DNA from: an archaeon
GTDB taxonomy: Archaea > Nanobdellota > Nanobdellia > SCGC-AAA011-G17 > GW2011-AR17
NCBI GenBank assembly: GCA_043814545.1
Contig: JBDRJY010000007.1
Location: forward strand, 6,819-70,818
Direction of reading: 5' to 3'
DNA length: 64,000 bases
Under the pieces are notes generated by a model, which saw nothing but the letters and a program-made list of their open reading frames with translations, did not search any database and was not told the origin of the DNA. How positions within the stretch are numbered: position 1 is the stretch's first letter; every line of letters starts with the position of its first letter. This document shows, piece after piece, positions 19,607 to 28,980 of this stretch. The position numbers were made by a program, and so were the translations under genes.

Positions 19607-20189
19607 CTCCAGCTTTCATGCTTTGCCCGACTGCAATTGACCAAGACATCCCGCAAGTGTCGGTATACACGCCAGATTCCTGAGCTATACAACTACTGTC
19701 CACTTCAACAAACACACAACAATTTTGTACAAGTTCTATTTGCGCATAAAATTCAGTTAAAGACTGAGTGTTATCATTTTTGGAAATTGTAAGCTTATAA
19801 TCCATTGTAGACGAAATTAAAGTTTCATCATTACTCATGATTGTCGTAACACTGCTTAACGTACCAGTTGTTATGTCCAAATCTTCAAAAGAATCTAAAT
19901 TGATACAATCAAAAATATTATCGCGTATGTATTCCGAAACTAAAGATTCGTAACTTGCCACATGGTAAGAACCTAAATTAGTAACAGCATCTCTTAAAGT
20001 TAGTTTTAAACAAGATTCAACATGTGCGTTAACTTCCTCTACTTGTGCAGAAAAACCTAACCCAGAAATAATTTCAGTTTCAACAATATCCGAAACTAGT
20101 CCTGATCTAAACACAAAAAATAAAATGACTAACAGGATTAAAACTATGCCTAATATGATAAAAATAGTAGCTTGACCTCTTTTGTTCAT
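19587..20189 (-). CDS. Class III signal peptide (type IV pilin-like) protein
   Basis: MNKRGQ followed by the hydrophobic stretch ATIFIILGIVLILLVILFF. Confidence 0.75.
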   Translation of the reverse strand: MNKRGQATIFIILGIVLILLVILFFVFRSGLVSDIVETEIISGLGFSAQVEEVNAHVESCLKLTLRDAVTNLGSYHVASYESLVSEYIRDNIFDCINLDSFEDLDITTGTLSSVTTIMSNDETLISSTMDYKLTISKNDNTQSLTEFYAQIELVQNCCVFVEVDSSCIAQESGVYTDTCGMSWSIAVGQSMKAGGVCFAC

Positions 20190-20228
20190 ACAAAAAAATT
20201 AATAGGGAATAGTATATATAAAATCTTC

Positions 20229-20247
20229 GGATTTTTGGCTTGCAACC
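20229..20247 (-). repeat. Dispersed mini-hairpin element, copy 2 (divergent)
   Basis: + strand GGATTTTTGGCTTGCAACC; the tail abuts the minus-strand BRE/TATA CGAAGATTTTATATA. Confidence 0.55.
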
Positions 20248-20260
20248 AATATAAAAATTA

Positions 20261-20785
20261 TTAATCCTCTTCTAAATATGTACAAGGATAAGTTTCTACC
20301 ATCTTTCTTACACCGTCTGTTACAGCTCTTGACGAAATCGTAGCACCAGTCACTGCATCTATTTTTCCACCATATTTTTTTAGCTCAAGCTCATCTTTAC
20401 TTTTCCCAACAAACTGCTCCAAAAAATAATCTTTTTCAATATTTGAACCTATGCCGGGAGTTTCCTGATGAGTTATAACATCAATCCCTGTAATTTTATT
20501 TTCCAAATCAATGCCTGCTAAAACAACAATCAGTGATGAATAACCAGGAGTTTCAACTTTTAACACTCTTCCAACTAACTGTTCATTTTTATCATAAGCA
20601 TTATAATATTTTTCTTCTTTTAAGAATGAGTCAGCAATTATTACTTTATTTAGCGATTCTTGAATTACAAGTTGCTTTTGCATCTCTATTAAGGGAGCAG
20701 TATAATCGTTAGTTAAAGCCAAAACAAACCCAGCCACAGTAGCCACTGTTGTCAAAGTTATTATAGACTTAATTAATTCACGCAT
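20261..20785 (-). CDS. rnfG: RnfG-like FMN-binding membrane protein (orphan)
   Basis: N-terminal TM helix; GYSS, HQETPGIG and flavinylation motif DAVTGATISS. Confidence 0.85.
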   Translation of the reverse strand: MRELIKSIITLTTVATVAGFVLALTNDYTAPLIEMQKQLVIQESLNKVIIADSFLKEEKYYNAYDKNEQLVGRVLKVETPGYSSLIVVLAGIDLENKITGIDVITHQETPGIGSNIEKDYFLEQFVGKSKDELELKKYGGKIDAVTGATISSRAVTDGVRKMVETYPCTYLEED

Positions 20786-20825
20786 TTCTCTTTTTCATAA
20801 AACAAAAGAAAAATATAAAATATTC

Positions 20826-20843
20826 GGTTTTTGCCTTACGGCT
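20826..20843 (-). repeat. Dispersed mini-hairpin element, copy 3
   Basis: + strand GGTTTTTGCCTTACGGCT (minus-strand loop GTAA). Confidence 0.85.
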
Positions 20844-20872
20844 TAAAAGTTATAAAAAATAAAAGAAGAAAT

Positions 20873-21796
20873 TTAATCTTCGTCGTCACGAGGTTTCTTA
20901 ATCTGATCTTTCAGGTTCAACTTTCTTAACAACTCTTTGTACCTGTTCCTGATAGTAACTTCAGTAACACCTGCAATATCTGCAACTTCTCGTTGCGTAC
21001 GTTTTTCGTTGTTAATCAAAGCTGCTACGTATAACGAAGCTGCAGCAATACCTGTCGGTCCACGACCTGAAGTAAGTTCAGATGCTTGCGCCATCTCCAA
21101 AATCTCAACAGCTTTACTTTGCGTTTCAGCAGTAAGTTTTAAGGCAGATGCAAACCTCGGGATATAATCAACCGGGTTTGAAGGCAAGATTCTAATACCA
21201 AGTTCACGTGTAACAAACCTGTAAGTCCTACCAATCTCTTTCTTGTCGATACCTGAAGCTTCACTAAGCTCATCTAAGGTACGAGGAACTTCATGTCTAC
21301 GGCAAGCAGCATACAAAGCACCAGCAACAACTGATTCCATGCTACGGCCCCTAACCAATCCACGCTGTACAGCCATAGTATAAATCCGTGCAGACTCTTC
21401 CTCAACAGATTTTGGTAACTTCAAATAACTAGCAACTCGTTTCAACTCAGCTAATGCTAACTTCAAGTTACGTTCAATAGCTGTAGAAATTCTGTACTGC
21501 CATTTTCTTAACCGGAAAAACTTGTTTTTCTCTTTAGAACCTAATTTATAGATATCCTGTTTCTGACCAACATCAGTACCAAGACCTCGGTCATACTTGG
21601 TATAAGTCATCGGAGCACCAGTACGCCTTTTCTTATCACTAGAATCAGAATCAAACTCTCGCCATTCCTGGCTAAAATCAATCATTTTATCTTCAATAAC
21701 TAAACCACAATTTCGACAAATAACTTCGCCTTTCTCTTTTTGAATTATTAAATTTGGATTCCCGCATTCGGGACATTTCTTCAAAGAACCTGCCAT
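20873..21796 (-). CDS. tfb: Transcription initiation factor IIB (TFB)
   Basis: Zn ribbon CPEC...CRNCG, EWREF B-reader, two cyclin repeats, VTEVTIRNRYKEL. Confidence 0.97.
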   Translation of the reverse strand: MAGSLKKCPECGNPNLIIQKEKGEVICRNCGLVIEDKMIDFSQEWREFDSDSSDKKRRTGAPMTYTKYDRGLGTDVGQKQDIYKLGSKEKNKFFRLRKWQYRISTAIERNLKLALAELKRVASYLKLPKSVEEESARIYTMAVQRGLVRGRSMESVVAGALYAACRRHEVPRTLDELSEASGIDKKEIGRTYRFVTRELGIRILPSNPVDYIPRFASALKLTAETQSKAVEILEMAQASELTSGRGPTGIAAASLYVAALINNEKRTQREVADIAGVTEVTIRNRYKELLRKLNLKDQIKKPRDDED

Positions 21797-21900
21797 TTTT
21801 TTTTGCCTCCAGAGGTGTTTATTTTACTTCAAAACAACAATATTTAAATACTAGATTAGAAGTAGTATATAAACCTTTCGGAAGCTTTATATAAAAAACA

Positions 21901-22281
21901 TTATTTTATTAAAACAGCGTTAATCACTCGTTCTTGACCAGGCCTAGAAGTAATCTTAGCCTTCCCTTTATCGGTCTCAATCACAGTACCTTTAGTCAAA
22001 ATGTTACGCCTAACAAAGTTCCTGTTAGCAGGGTTTTCAAGAACAGTTTTAATTTCTAACTTCTCATATTTTTTAGTATCAGGGTTAAATACGTTAGCAA
22101 TTTTTTCAGAAAGCAAACGTGATTTTTTGTTTGCACCGCGTACTCTAAGAACTCTAAATATTTTTTCGCCTAGTTTAGTTAATGTAGGTAAGTTACGAAC
22201 TTCACTAATTCTCTTCTTTCTATATCCCACATATCGTCCACCAGTAACTTTTCTTTTAGATCTTGAATTTGTTAAAGCCAT
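21901..22281 (-). CDS. rps8e: 30S ribosomal protein S8e
   Basis: RSKRKVTGG, RVRGAN, RRNILTKG and TSRPGQ motifs. Confidence 0.95.
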   Translation of the reverse strand: MALTNSRSKRKVTGGRYVGYRKKRISEVRNLPTLTKLGEKIFRVLRVRGANKKSRLLSEKIANVFNPDTKKYEKLEIKTVLENPANRNFVRRNILTKGTVIETDKGKAKITSRPGQERVINAVLIK

Positions 22282-22436
22282 TTTATGTGTCGAAGGAAAC
22301 AGGATTGGTTTATAAACGTTTTGTTTTTGAAAAATAAACTCAAAAAACCTCTAATACAAAACGAAAACCCTAAAACGTAACATTTAAATATAGACACAAT
22401 TTCTATCCAACTTATTAAAGAGGTAAATTTGAAAAA

Positions 22437-22658
22437 ATGGAAGCAAGACCACTAGATGCATTGAATGCCGCTCGAGGCAAAAGAGTTATAGTAGAACTAA
22501 AAAATAAGACACAGTTAACTGGTATTTTGAAAGCGTTTGATATTCATATCAACACTGTTTTAGATGAAGCAGAAGAAAGAGAAAACAACGAAATCAAAAG
22601 AAAGATCGGTACTACTTTTATTCGTGGCGATACAATCATCTTAATTTCTACAGCGTAA
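22437..22658 (+). CDS. Sm/Lsm-like RNA-binding protein
   Basis: [17 protein letters not shown] (Sm1) and IRGD (Sm2); upstream of L37e, as is typical in archaea. Confidence 0.93.
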   Translation: MEARPLDALNAARGKRVIVELKNKTQLTGILKAFDIHINTVLDEAEERENNEIKRKIGTTFIRGDTIILISTA

Positions 22659-22659
22659 A

Positions 22660-22833
22660 ATGACTAAAGGAACACCATCCATGGGTAAGAAGAGTGGAAA
22701 AGACGTCCACATCCTTTGCCGTCGATGCGGTAAAGCTAGTTACCACAAAATTCATAGTCGATGTAGTTCGTGCGGTTATGGTTCTACAGCTAAGATGCGT
22801 AAATATAATTGGAATAAGAAACTTAATCATTAA
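22660..22833 (+). CDS. rpl37e: 50S ribosomal protein L37e
   Basis: Manual translation [41 protein letters not shown]...; missing from the ORF track. Confidence 0.95.
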   Translation: MTKGTPSMGKKSGKDVHILCRRCGKASYHKIHSRCSSCGYGSTAKMRKYNWNKKLNH

Positions 22834-23636
22834 AATTCTATTCTATCCACAATTCTGCTACGATTAATTTCGCACCTATTAGGTACTTTATGAAACACTG
22901 CTTTAATCTTAGTCTTCCACCTTTCGTCCCGATAAGTTTTCTTAATCAAAGTTGCAGCAAGCTTTTTGTATTCTATAGTAGAATTAGATTTAGGCGAAAA
23001 CGAAGTTGAAGGTATATGATTTGCTAACGCAGCCAAAATATTAACATCATCAGGCAACATTGCCAAAACTGAAGCTCCTGCACAATGTTCAACTTCTTCA
23101 ATTGGAACTTCAAATTTTTTATTACGTACTTTGTTAAGAACTATGCCCACAATAGGAGTATTTTTCTTCAAAGCAATTTGGGTCGCATAAATTGTACAAC
23201 TTAAAGTAGGATAATCCGGTGTTGTCACAACAAGAATTTCATCAGATGCTGTCATTGCAGCCAACAGTTCTTCGTGCATTGATGGGCTTGAGTCAATCAA
23301 AATAATATCATAAAACGGTTTTAACGTTTCAAGCTTAGCTGAAAAATTATTCATTTTGTTAATTTTTGTCGGCGGCACCCTTGCAGGTAAAACATGTATA
23401 CCATCGTATTCGTAAATCGCATCTTGAATCTTAGCTTTACCATTAATCACATCATGAATAGTTACATCAGGCTTAACTATCCCTAAATGAATACCAAGGT
23501 TAGGAGCAGAGAAATTTGCATCTACCAAAAGAACTTTCTGACCAAAATCATGAGTCAAGACTGCGCCTAAAGCGACTACTGTTGAAGTCTTACCAACTCC
23601 ACCTTTAATAGAAATTACACCTATCGTTTTCCCCAT
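22830..23636 (-). CDS. minD: MinD/ParA-family ATPase
   Basis: Deviant Walker A KGGVGKT; LLVDAN, ILIDSSP, VVTTPD and GIVLN motifs. Confidence 0.85.
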   Translation of the reverse strand: MGKTIGVISIKGGVGKTSTVVALGAVLTHDFGQKVLLVDANFSAPNLGIHLGIVKPDVTIHDVINGKAKIQDAIYEYDGIHVLPARVPPTKINKMNNFSAKLETLKPFYDIILIDSSPSMHEELLAAMTASDEILVVTTPDYPTLSCTIYATQIALKKNTPIVGIVLNKVRNKKFEVPIEEVEHCAGASVLAMLPDDVNILAALANHIPSTSFSPKSNSTIEYKKLAATLIKKTYRDERWKTKIKAVFHKVPNRCEINRSRIVDRIEF

Positions 23637-23712
23637 TACAAACCTCTACTTTATATATTGTGTTAAAAATATTTAAACTTATCGTTAATATACGTTTAAG
23701 TCTAGATAAACT

Positions 23713-23729
23713 GGTTTTTGCCTTCGGCT
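23713..23729 (-). repeat. Dispersed mini-hairpin element, copy 4
   Basis: + strand GGTTTTTGCCTTCGGCT. Confidence 0.85.
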
Positions 23730-23792
23730 TTTCCGTAAATTTTCCGGTTTTTTCTAGTCAAAGTTCTTGAAGCGTAAAAACAGATTTTCTTT

Positions 23793-24416
23793 ATGTATTC
23801 AAAAGACTTGTTTTATTTAATTGGAGTAATTTATGGAGATGGACATATTAGGCATGGACCTAAATCAAAAAGTGATCCTTCACTTCATTATGGAATTGCT
23901 ATAGATATTTCTGATATTAATTTTTTAAGAGAAGAGATTCTTCCTTTATTTCAAAAATTTACTAATACTAAAGCTCAAGTAAAAATAAGAACATTTGAAA
24001 ATCGAAAAACAAGAGGTTGTTTAGTTGTAAGTTGTAAAAAATTCTATAAACTTTTAACAGAAGAAATACAAACACACAAAGGACCAAAGACAAGAGATAT
24101 AGATATTTCTCCCGTAATAAAAGCTGCTTCAATGGAATTAAAAAAAGAATTCATTGCTGGATATTTTGATACTGATGGAGGTTTTAGAGGTAAAGTTATT
24201 GGTATTACTACTAACAATAAAAAATTTCAAGAATTTTTCTATCAAACTGTAACAGAAACTGGAATTCGTTGTAGTTATGAAAAATGGTTTAACAAAAAAT
24301 ATCAAAAAGACTATTATGGTGTTAGAATAAAAATTGGCAATATCGATAAGTTTTTAAAGACCTATAGATTACGAAACTTTGAGAAGTTAGCTAAAATAAA
24401 AGCTAAATTTTCTTAA
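23793..24416 (+). CDS. Free-standing two-motif LAGLIDADG homing-endonuclease-like protein
   Basis: YLIGVIYGDG and FIAGYFDTDG motifs; no intein splicing motifs. Confidence 0.85.
   Translation: MYSKDLFYLIGVIYGDGHIRHGPKSKSDPSLHYGIAIDISDINFLREEILPLFQKFTNTKAQVKIRTFENRKTRGCLVVSCKKFYKLLTEEIQTHKGPKTRDIDISPVIKAASMELKKEFIAGYFDTDGGFRGKVIGITTNNKKFQEFFYQTVTETGIRCSYEKWFNKKYQKDYYGVRIKIGNIDKFLKTYRLRNFEKLAKIKAKFS
24344..24358 (+). promoter_or_regulatory. Putative BRE/TATA for tRNA-Leu, embedded in the LAGLIDADG coding sequence
   Basis: CGATAAG-TTTTTAAA, the same BRE string as the minus-strand minD promoter (CGATAAGTTTAAATA); ~60 nt before the tRNA. Confidence 0.45.
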
Positions 24417-24417
24417 C

Positions 24418-24535
24418 GCGGGGGTGCCGGAGTGGTCAAACGGGCCAGAAATTAACAATAATTGTTGTTAGTTGGTCATGCTTAGGACCTGGTGGCTTAG
24501 TGCCTACGCAGGTTCGAACCCTGTCCCCCGCACCA
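24418..24535 (+). tRNA. tRNA-Leu(UAG) with a 31-nt intron (24449-24479) at position 30/31; CCA encoded
   Basis: GCGGGGG/CCCCCGC acceptor, long variable arm, GGTTCGAACCC T-arm. Splicing gives CCAGG-CTTAGGA-CCTGG. Relaxed BHB with GGCC/GGTC helix and AGA/ATG bulges. Confidence 0.92.
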
Positions 24536-24546
24536 TATTCTCATAA

Positions 24547-25377
24547 TCATTTCAAAGCGAGATAAGAAGCAAATATAATTAATACCCCACCAATTAAAGT
24601 AGGAATCGTTAGAACTTCAGAAAAAACTAACCATGCAAAGATTACAGCAAAAAAGATTTCTGTATAACCAATGATTGAAACAGTTGTAGCTTGCATTATT
24701 TTCAACCCTTGAAACTGTAAAGCCGGCGCTGCAAACTGATGTATCAGACCTACTATTAACAAACAACCCCAAGCCATAGGCGTGATAGTAAAAATGTTCA
24801 TAAAAAGGAACGGTGAAAATATTACAAACGTTACCAACATTTGCATGAAAAGGATTTGTTTAAAATTAAAATGTTCAAACGCTTTTTTGTAAAGAATAAA
24901 CGATATTGCATAAGATATTGCTGAACCAATTGCAAACAAGTTACCTATTGTTTCCATTGAAGAAAACGTAGGTTTACCTAAAATGAAAATCAAACCAATT
25001 GTAGCAATTACTATAGCTAAAAACGACTTCCATGTAAACTTTTCTTTCAAAAATATTAAAGATAAAACTAAAACTATTGGTGGCGCTAAATAATGTAAGA
25101 ACGCTGCATTTGAAATTGTTGTTAAATTGAAAGCAAAAAAGTATAAACTGTTATTTGCTGCACCTAAAATACCGATTAAAACTAAAAACCAAAACTTATC
25201 CTTGAATATTCCTTTAAACTCTTTAGCATTAAGCCAAATTAAAAACGCAAACGCTGAAAACAGTGAAACTGCTGACGCAATAATTATACCGTTCTGTCCA
25301 GTTAACCTAGTAAATATTCCCATAGAACCGAATATAAAATAAGAGATAAAAACAAAAAGTGGATATTTAAATTTCAT
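24547..25377 (-). CDS. DMT/EamA-family transporter
   Basis: About 10 TM helices; TTISNAAFLHYLAP, LKEK and TLIGGVLI motifs. Confidence 0.88.
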   Translation of the reverse strand: MKFKYPLFVFISYFIFGSMGIFTRLTGQNGIIIASAVSLFSAFAFLIWLNAKEFKGIFKDKFWFLVLIGILGAANNSLYFFAFNLTTISNAAFLHYLAPPIVLVLSLIFLKEKFTWKSFLAIVIATIGLIFILGKPTFSSMETIGNLFAIGSAISYAISFILYKKAFEHFNFKQILFMQMLVTFVIFSPFLFMNIFTITPMAWGCLLIVGLIHQFAAPALQFQGLKIMQATTVSIIGYTEIFFAVIFAWLVFSEVLTIPTLIGGVLIIFASYLALK

Positions 25378-26183
25378 TGTAAAAAGTGTTTGTAAATTTC
25401 TATTACTCCTTGACCATATTCAGCTTTAGCAACATACCCTTTCTTTTCGTTAACATAATCCTTAACTTTTTCGTCTGAATTCGCAGGACACGCTACAAAC
25501 TCGGAACGTTCAAACATGTCAATATCGGAATGATACGAATCCCCTATACCTAAGGCTCGTTGTCCGTCGCGATTATAAGAATTCTTGTAAAGATAATCTA
25601 TACCTTCACCTTTACCAATATCCATTCTAATATCAATAGCAAAATCGCAGGTAACTTTTTTTATTGTATCTTGGGTTAAACCTTGTTTGATTTCATCTGA
25701 CATTTTAGTGTAAAGAAACTGGAAAACATCTTCAGCATCAATCTTCGGATCAAATTCATAAGTTAACATATAAGCATTATCTTTTCGACGCCAAATTCTG
25801 CCTTGACCAAAAACATTTTCTATATTAAAAGTATTTGAACTATCAATAAAACTTTTCAAACTAGTAAATTGACTTTGTAACTCTGGTTTAACTTCTGGTA
25901 AAAGAGGAAAAACTTTTCTAGTATTAGGCGAATAAATTACTTGCCCCATCTCTGCAACAGAATCACCGTTTATGTGTAAAGCATTAACAATATCTTGCGA
26001 CAAATGCCAAGAACGCCCTGTACAGACTGCAAAAGTCGTTTGAGGGTTAGCAAGCATAATCTTTTTCATTTCAGCAAGCTCAATTAAGTGAGGTTGTAAG
26101 TTTTGTCTGTCCAAACCGCTAGGCTTTTCAAACTTACCTATACAGCCGTCAATATCGTTCCATACTAGATTTACGTTAACCAT
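25374..26183 (-). CDS. HAD-superfamily hydrolase (subclass IIB-like)
   Basis: DIDGC, CTGR, K and GDSYHSD motifs. Confidence 0.82.
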   Translation of the reverse strand: MVNVNLVWNDIDGCIGKFEKPSGLDRQNLQPHLIELAEMKKIMLANPQTTFAVCTGRSWHLSQDIVNALHINGDSVAEMGQVIYSPNTRKVFPLLPEVKPELQSQFTSLKSFIDSSNTFNIENVFGQGRIWRRKDNAYMLTYEFDPKIDAEDVFQFLYTKMSDEIKQGLTQDTIKKVTCDFAIDIRMDIGKGEGIDYLYKNSYNRDGQRALGIGDSYHSDIDMFERSEFVACPANSDEKVKDYVNEKKGYVAKAEYGQGVIEIYKHFLQ

Positions 26184-26269
26184 GTTATGATTTGGTCACA
26201 AAGTCCTTATTTATATAATTTACGAAAAGAATTAAATATCCCTAAACCTATAGATACTATATCTCTCAG

Positions 26270-27424
26270 ATGGTATCGAAAAAGAAAGCTAAGAAAACAT
26301 TATGGATATTTTCAGTTGCTGCGTTCTTGAACGATGTAGGTTCAGATATGATAATGCCAATATGGCCGTTGTTCGTTACAACTTTTCTTGGCGCAGACTT
26401 AACAATTTTAGGTTTGTTGGACGGGTTAGGTAAAGCTTTTGTTTCAATTTCTCAAGCAGTTTCAGGTTATGTTTCTGACAGGATTAGAAAACGTAAAGTT
26501 TTTGTCTGGGTAGGTTATCTTTTCGCAGGATTCGCAAGGGGCGGTTACGCTTTGGTAAACACTTGGCCTTGGTTAGTACCATTAAAGATTTTGGATAGAA
26601 GCGGTAAAATACGTGACGCACCACGTGACGCTATCATTGCAGACATTAGTAAATATAAGTCTAGAGGGAAATTCTTTGGCATATTAGAAATGATGGATAA
26701 TTTGGGAGCCATAGTAGGTATTTTAATTTCTATTGCGGTTTTCAGTTTGTTAGGTTTCAAAAAATTATTTTTGTTAGCAGCAATCCCTTCTTTGATAGCA
26801 GTAATTTTAATAATATTTTTTATTAAAGAAAAACACGATGGTAAAATCTTTAAAGGATTAAAAATAAAAAACTTAGACTTTAACTTTAAACTATTTTTAT
26901 TTGTTAGCGGAATATTTGCATTGGCAAACTTTAGTTATTCTTTTTTATTAGTATTTGCAAACCAGTTCGGGATACCAACAACTTTTGTTCCAGTATTTTA
27001 TTTACTGTATACAGTTGTTGCTACAATAGCAGCAATACCTTTTGGTAAAGCTTTGTTAAAATTAGGAAGAAGATCAACAATAACAATATCTTTTGCCTTA
27101 TTTGCAGTAATGTGTTTAGGTTTTATTTTGATTAACCAAACATGGATGTTATACATTTTGTTTATTTTGTACGGTTTACATTTAGCTTCATTAAACGTTT
27201 CACAAAAAACAATTGTAAGCGAGTTAGCGCCTAAGAAATATCGTGCAAGTTCTTTAGGGTTATACCAAATGGTGATTGGGATTTTGGCGTTGCCTTCGTC
27301 GGTAATAGCAGGCGTTTTATGGGAAAAGGTTGCAATGTGGGCACCATTCGCTTTAGCGTTGGGTTTGACGAGCATTGCTATCGTGGTATTATCTTTTGTT
27401 AATTTTAAGAACCACGATTCGTAA
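26270..27424 (+). CDS. MFS transporter
   Basis: About 12 TM helices; GYVSDRIRKRK (motif A) and RDAPRDAIIAD. Confidence 0.9.
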   Translation: MVSKKKAKKTLWIFSVAAFLNDVGSDMIMPIWPLFVTTFLGADLTILGLLDGLGKAFVSISQAVSGYVSDRIRKRKVFVWVGYLFAGFARGGYALVNTWPWLVPLKILDRSGKIRDAPRDAIIADISKYKSRGKFFGILEMMDNLGAIVGILISIAVFSLLGFKKLFLLAAIPSLIAVILIIFFIKEKHDGKIFKGLKIKNLDFNFKLFLFVSGIFALANFSYSFLLVFANQFGIPTTFVPVFYLLYTVVATIAAIPFGKALLKLGRRSTITISFALFAVMCLGFILINQTWMLYILFILYGLHLASLNVSQKTIVSELAPKKYRASSLGLYQMVIGILALPSSVIAGVLWEKVAMWAPFALALGLTSIAIVVLSFVNFKNHDS

Positions 27425-27491
27425 ATTTAACGGATTCTTTGAAAAAATAAAGTAAATTTACAAATAAAAGTTATAAAGCAAAATTTAAATA

Positions 27492-27710
27492 GTGTCTTTC
27501 ATTAACAAAAAGGAGATGAAAGAAGTGGATGGAACAGTAACAATACCAACTGAAGAGTATAATGAATTATTAGAAAAAGCTAAACAGTGGGAAGAACATT
27601 TTGAAACTGAAGAATTAACTAAAGAAGAATTAAAAGAAATTGAAGAAGCTCGCAAAGGCCCGTTTATGACCAAAGAAGAATTTCTTAAACGCCATCCTGA
27701 ATTAAAATAA
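27492..27710 (+). CDS. Putative antitoxin
   Basis: Small acidic protein (LTKEELKEIEEARKG) ending 3 nt before a RelE-like gene. Confidence 0.65.
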   Translation: MSFINKKEMKEVDGTVTIPTEEYNELLEKAKQWEEHFETEELTKEELKEIEEARKGPFMTKEEFLKRHPELK

Positions 27711-27713
27711 AGG

Positions 27714-27962
27714 ATGTTTTCTGTTATTATTGGTAAAAAGTTTGAATCTAGTTTATCTAAAATTAAAGAGAAAATAATTAGAAAACAAATTTGGAAAAAA
27801 ATTGATGAATTAGAATTTAGATGTCCTATTGGTAAAAAATTAAAAGATGACTCTAGTTGGTCTATTCATATTAACAAATATAGAGTAATTTATGAATTCA
27901 AAGGTAAAAAAATTAAAATTTTAAAAATTCTCCCTAGAAAAAAAGATTATAGAGATTTATAA
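27714..27962 (+). CDS. relE: RelE/ParE-family toxin
   Basis: Basic 82-aa protein with GKKLK, YRVIY and ILPRKKDY. Confidence 0.75.
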   Translation: MFSVIIGKKFESSLSKIKEKIIRKQIWKKIDELEFRCPIGKKLKDDSSWSIHINKYRVIYEFKGKKIKILKILPRKKDYRDL

Positions 27963-28607
27963 CTTCTGTAAAGTTTTCAAATTTTCAATTCTCTTCTTAG
28001 CAGGTATAGAACTACGAAAATAATTCCAAAAAACTTTTCTCATCCAATCAACCCAATGTTCATCAAAGATTTCGTAAAAGATATAAGTTTTTTTTCCACA
28101 AGTTTTCCCTCTTAAAGAAGGATCATTAATTTCTTTAAACTTAACAAACTTATTATCGACAATGAAAGCACGTAAAGGCTGCATACAATGCCTAACTTCA
28201 ACACGATCTTTACAAATACGATCGTTAATAGAATTCATTTTAACAATATTTTCCTGACTGTTAAGATCAACATTAGCAAGAAATTTAATACTAACATTTT
28301 TTTCAGCTAATTCTTCAAAAACTTCAATTAACGGTTTATTATTTTGTATAAGATTAGACCAAGAAATATTTCCGGAAAAAATTAAAATTTCTAGTTCAGC
28401 TGAACGTAAAGAACCGATTAAATCTTGCTTAACATTAATTAACTCTTCTTCTTGATTTTCAAAAAAAGAATTACGTTGAGTTTCGTCAACATGTTGATAA
28501 ATATCGAAAGGCGAAAAATCAAACTTATCTTTACCTATTTCTAACTGTTTAAACAACCGTTCTTGAGCAGAAGTATGCGGAATTTTATCCAAATTGCTCC
28601 AATACAC
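27957..28607 (-). pseudogene. Probable 5'-truncated TrmB-like regulator (C-terminal PLD-like domain only)
   Basis: LRSAELEILIFSG, NVSIKFL and RAFIVDNK resemble TrmB effector domains. No HTH; GTG start overlaps a divergent gene. Confidence 0.4.
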
Positions 28608-28922
28608 AAAGGTGTAACAGATTGTACAATAACGGGAATAGCTTACGTTGCAAAAACAAAAAAAGAAATTGCAAACTTACCAGAACACCAGATCTTAGTA
28701 ACACAGTATGCAACACCAGATTTAGTAGAATATTTTCAAAGAGCAAAAGCAATCGCAACCGACCATGGCGGAGCCACTTCCCATGCTGCTAACATTGCAA
28801 GACAACGAGGGTATGTGGTAGCACTGGGCCTTGGAGAAGCTACTAAACTTATACAAACAGGTGACGAGATTACTATAGAAATCAAAAATGGTTTAAGTAG
28901 AGTTATTTTAAAAGGGACTTAA
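28575..28922 (+). CDS. Stand-alone PEP-utilising enzyme phosphohistidine (mobile) domain
   Basis: ILVTQYATPD and ATDHGGATSHAANIAR motifs. ATG start near 28575. Confidence 0.8.
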   Translation: MRNFIQIAPIHKGVTDCTITGIAYVAKTKKEIANLPEHQILVTQYATPDLVEYFQRAKAIATDHGGATSHAANIARQRGYVVALGLGEATKLIQTGDEITIEIKNGLSRVILKGT

Positions 28923-28980
28923 TTCCCTTTATAAACAATCTGCATAAAATATATAAAACGAATCTTTACTCTTATTAATT

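Noticed and set aside
22648..22830. 60-aa minus-strand ORF
   Set aside because: Antisense shadow of rpl37e.
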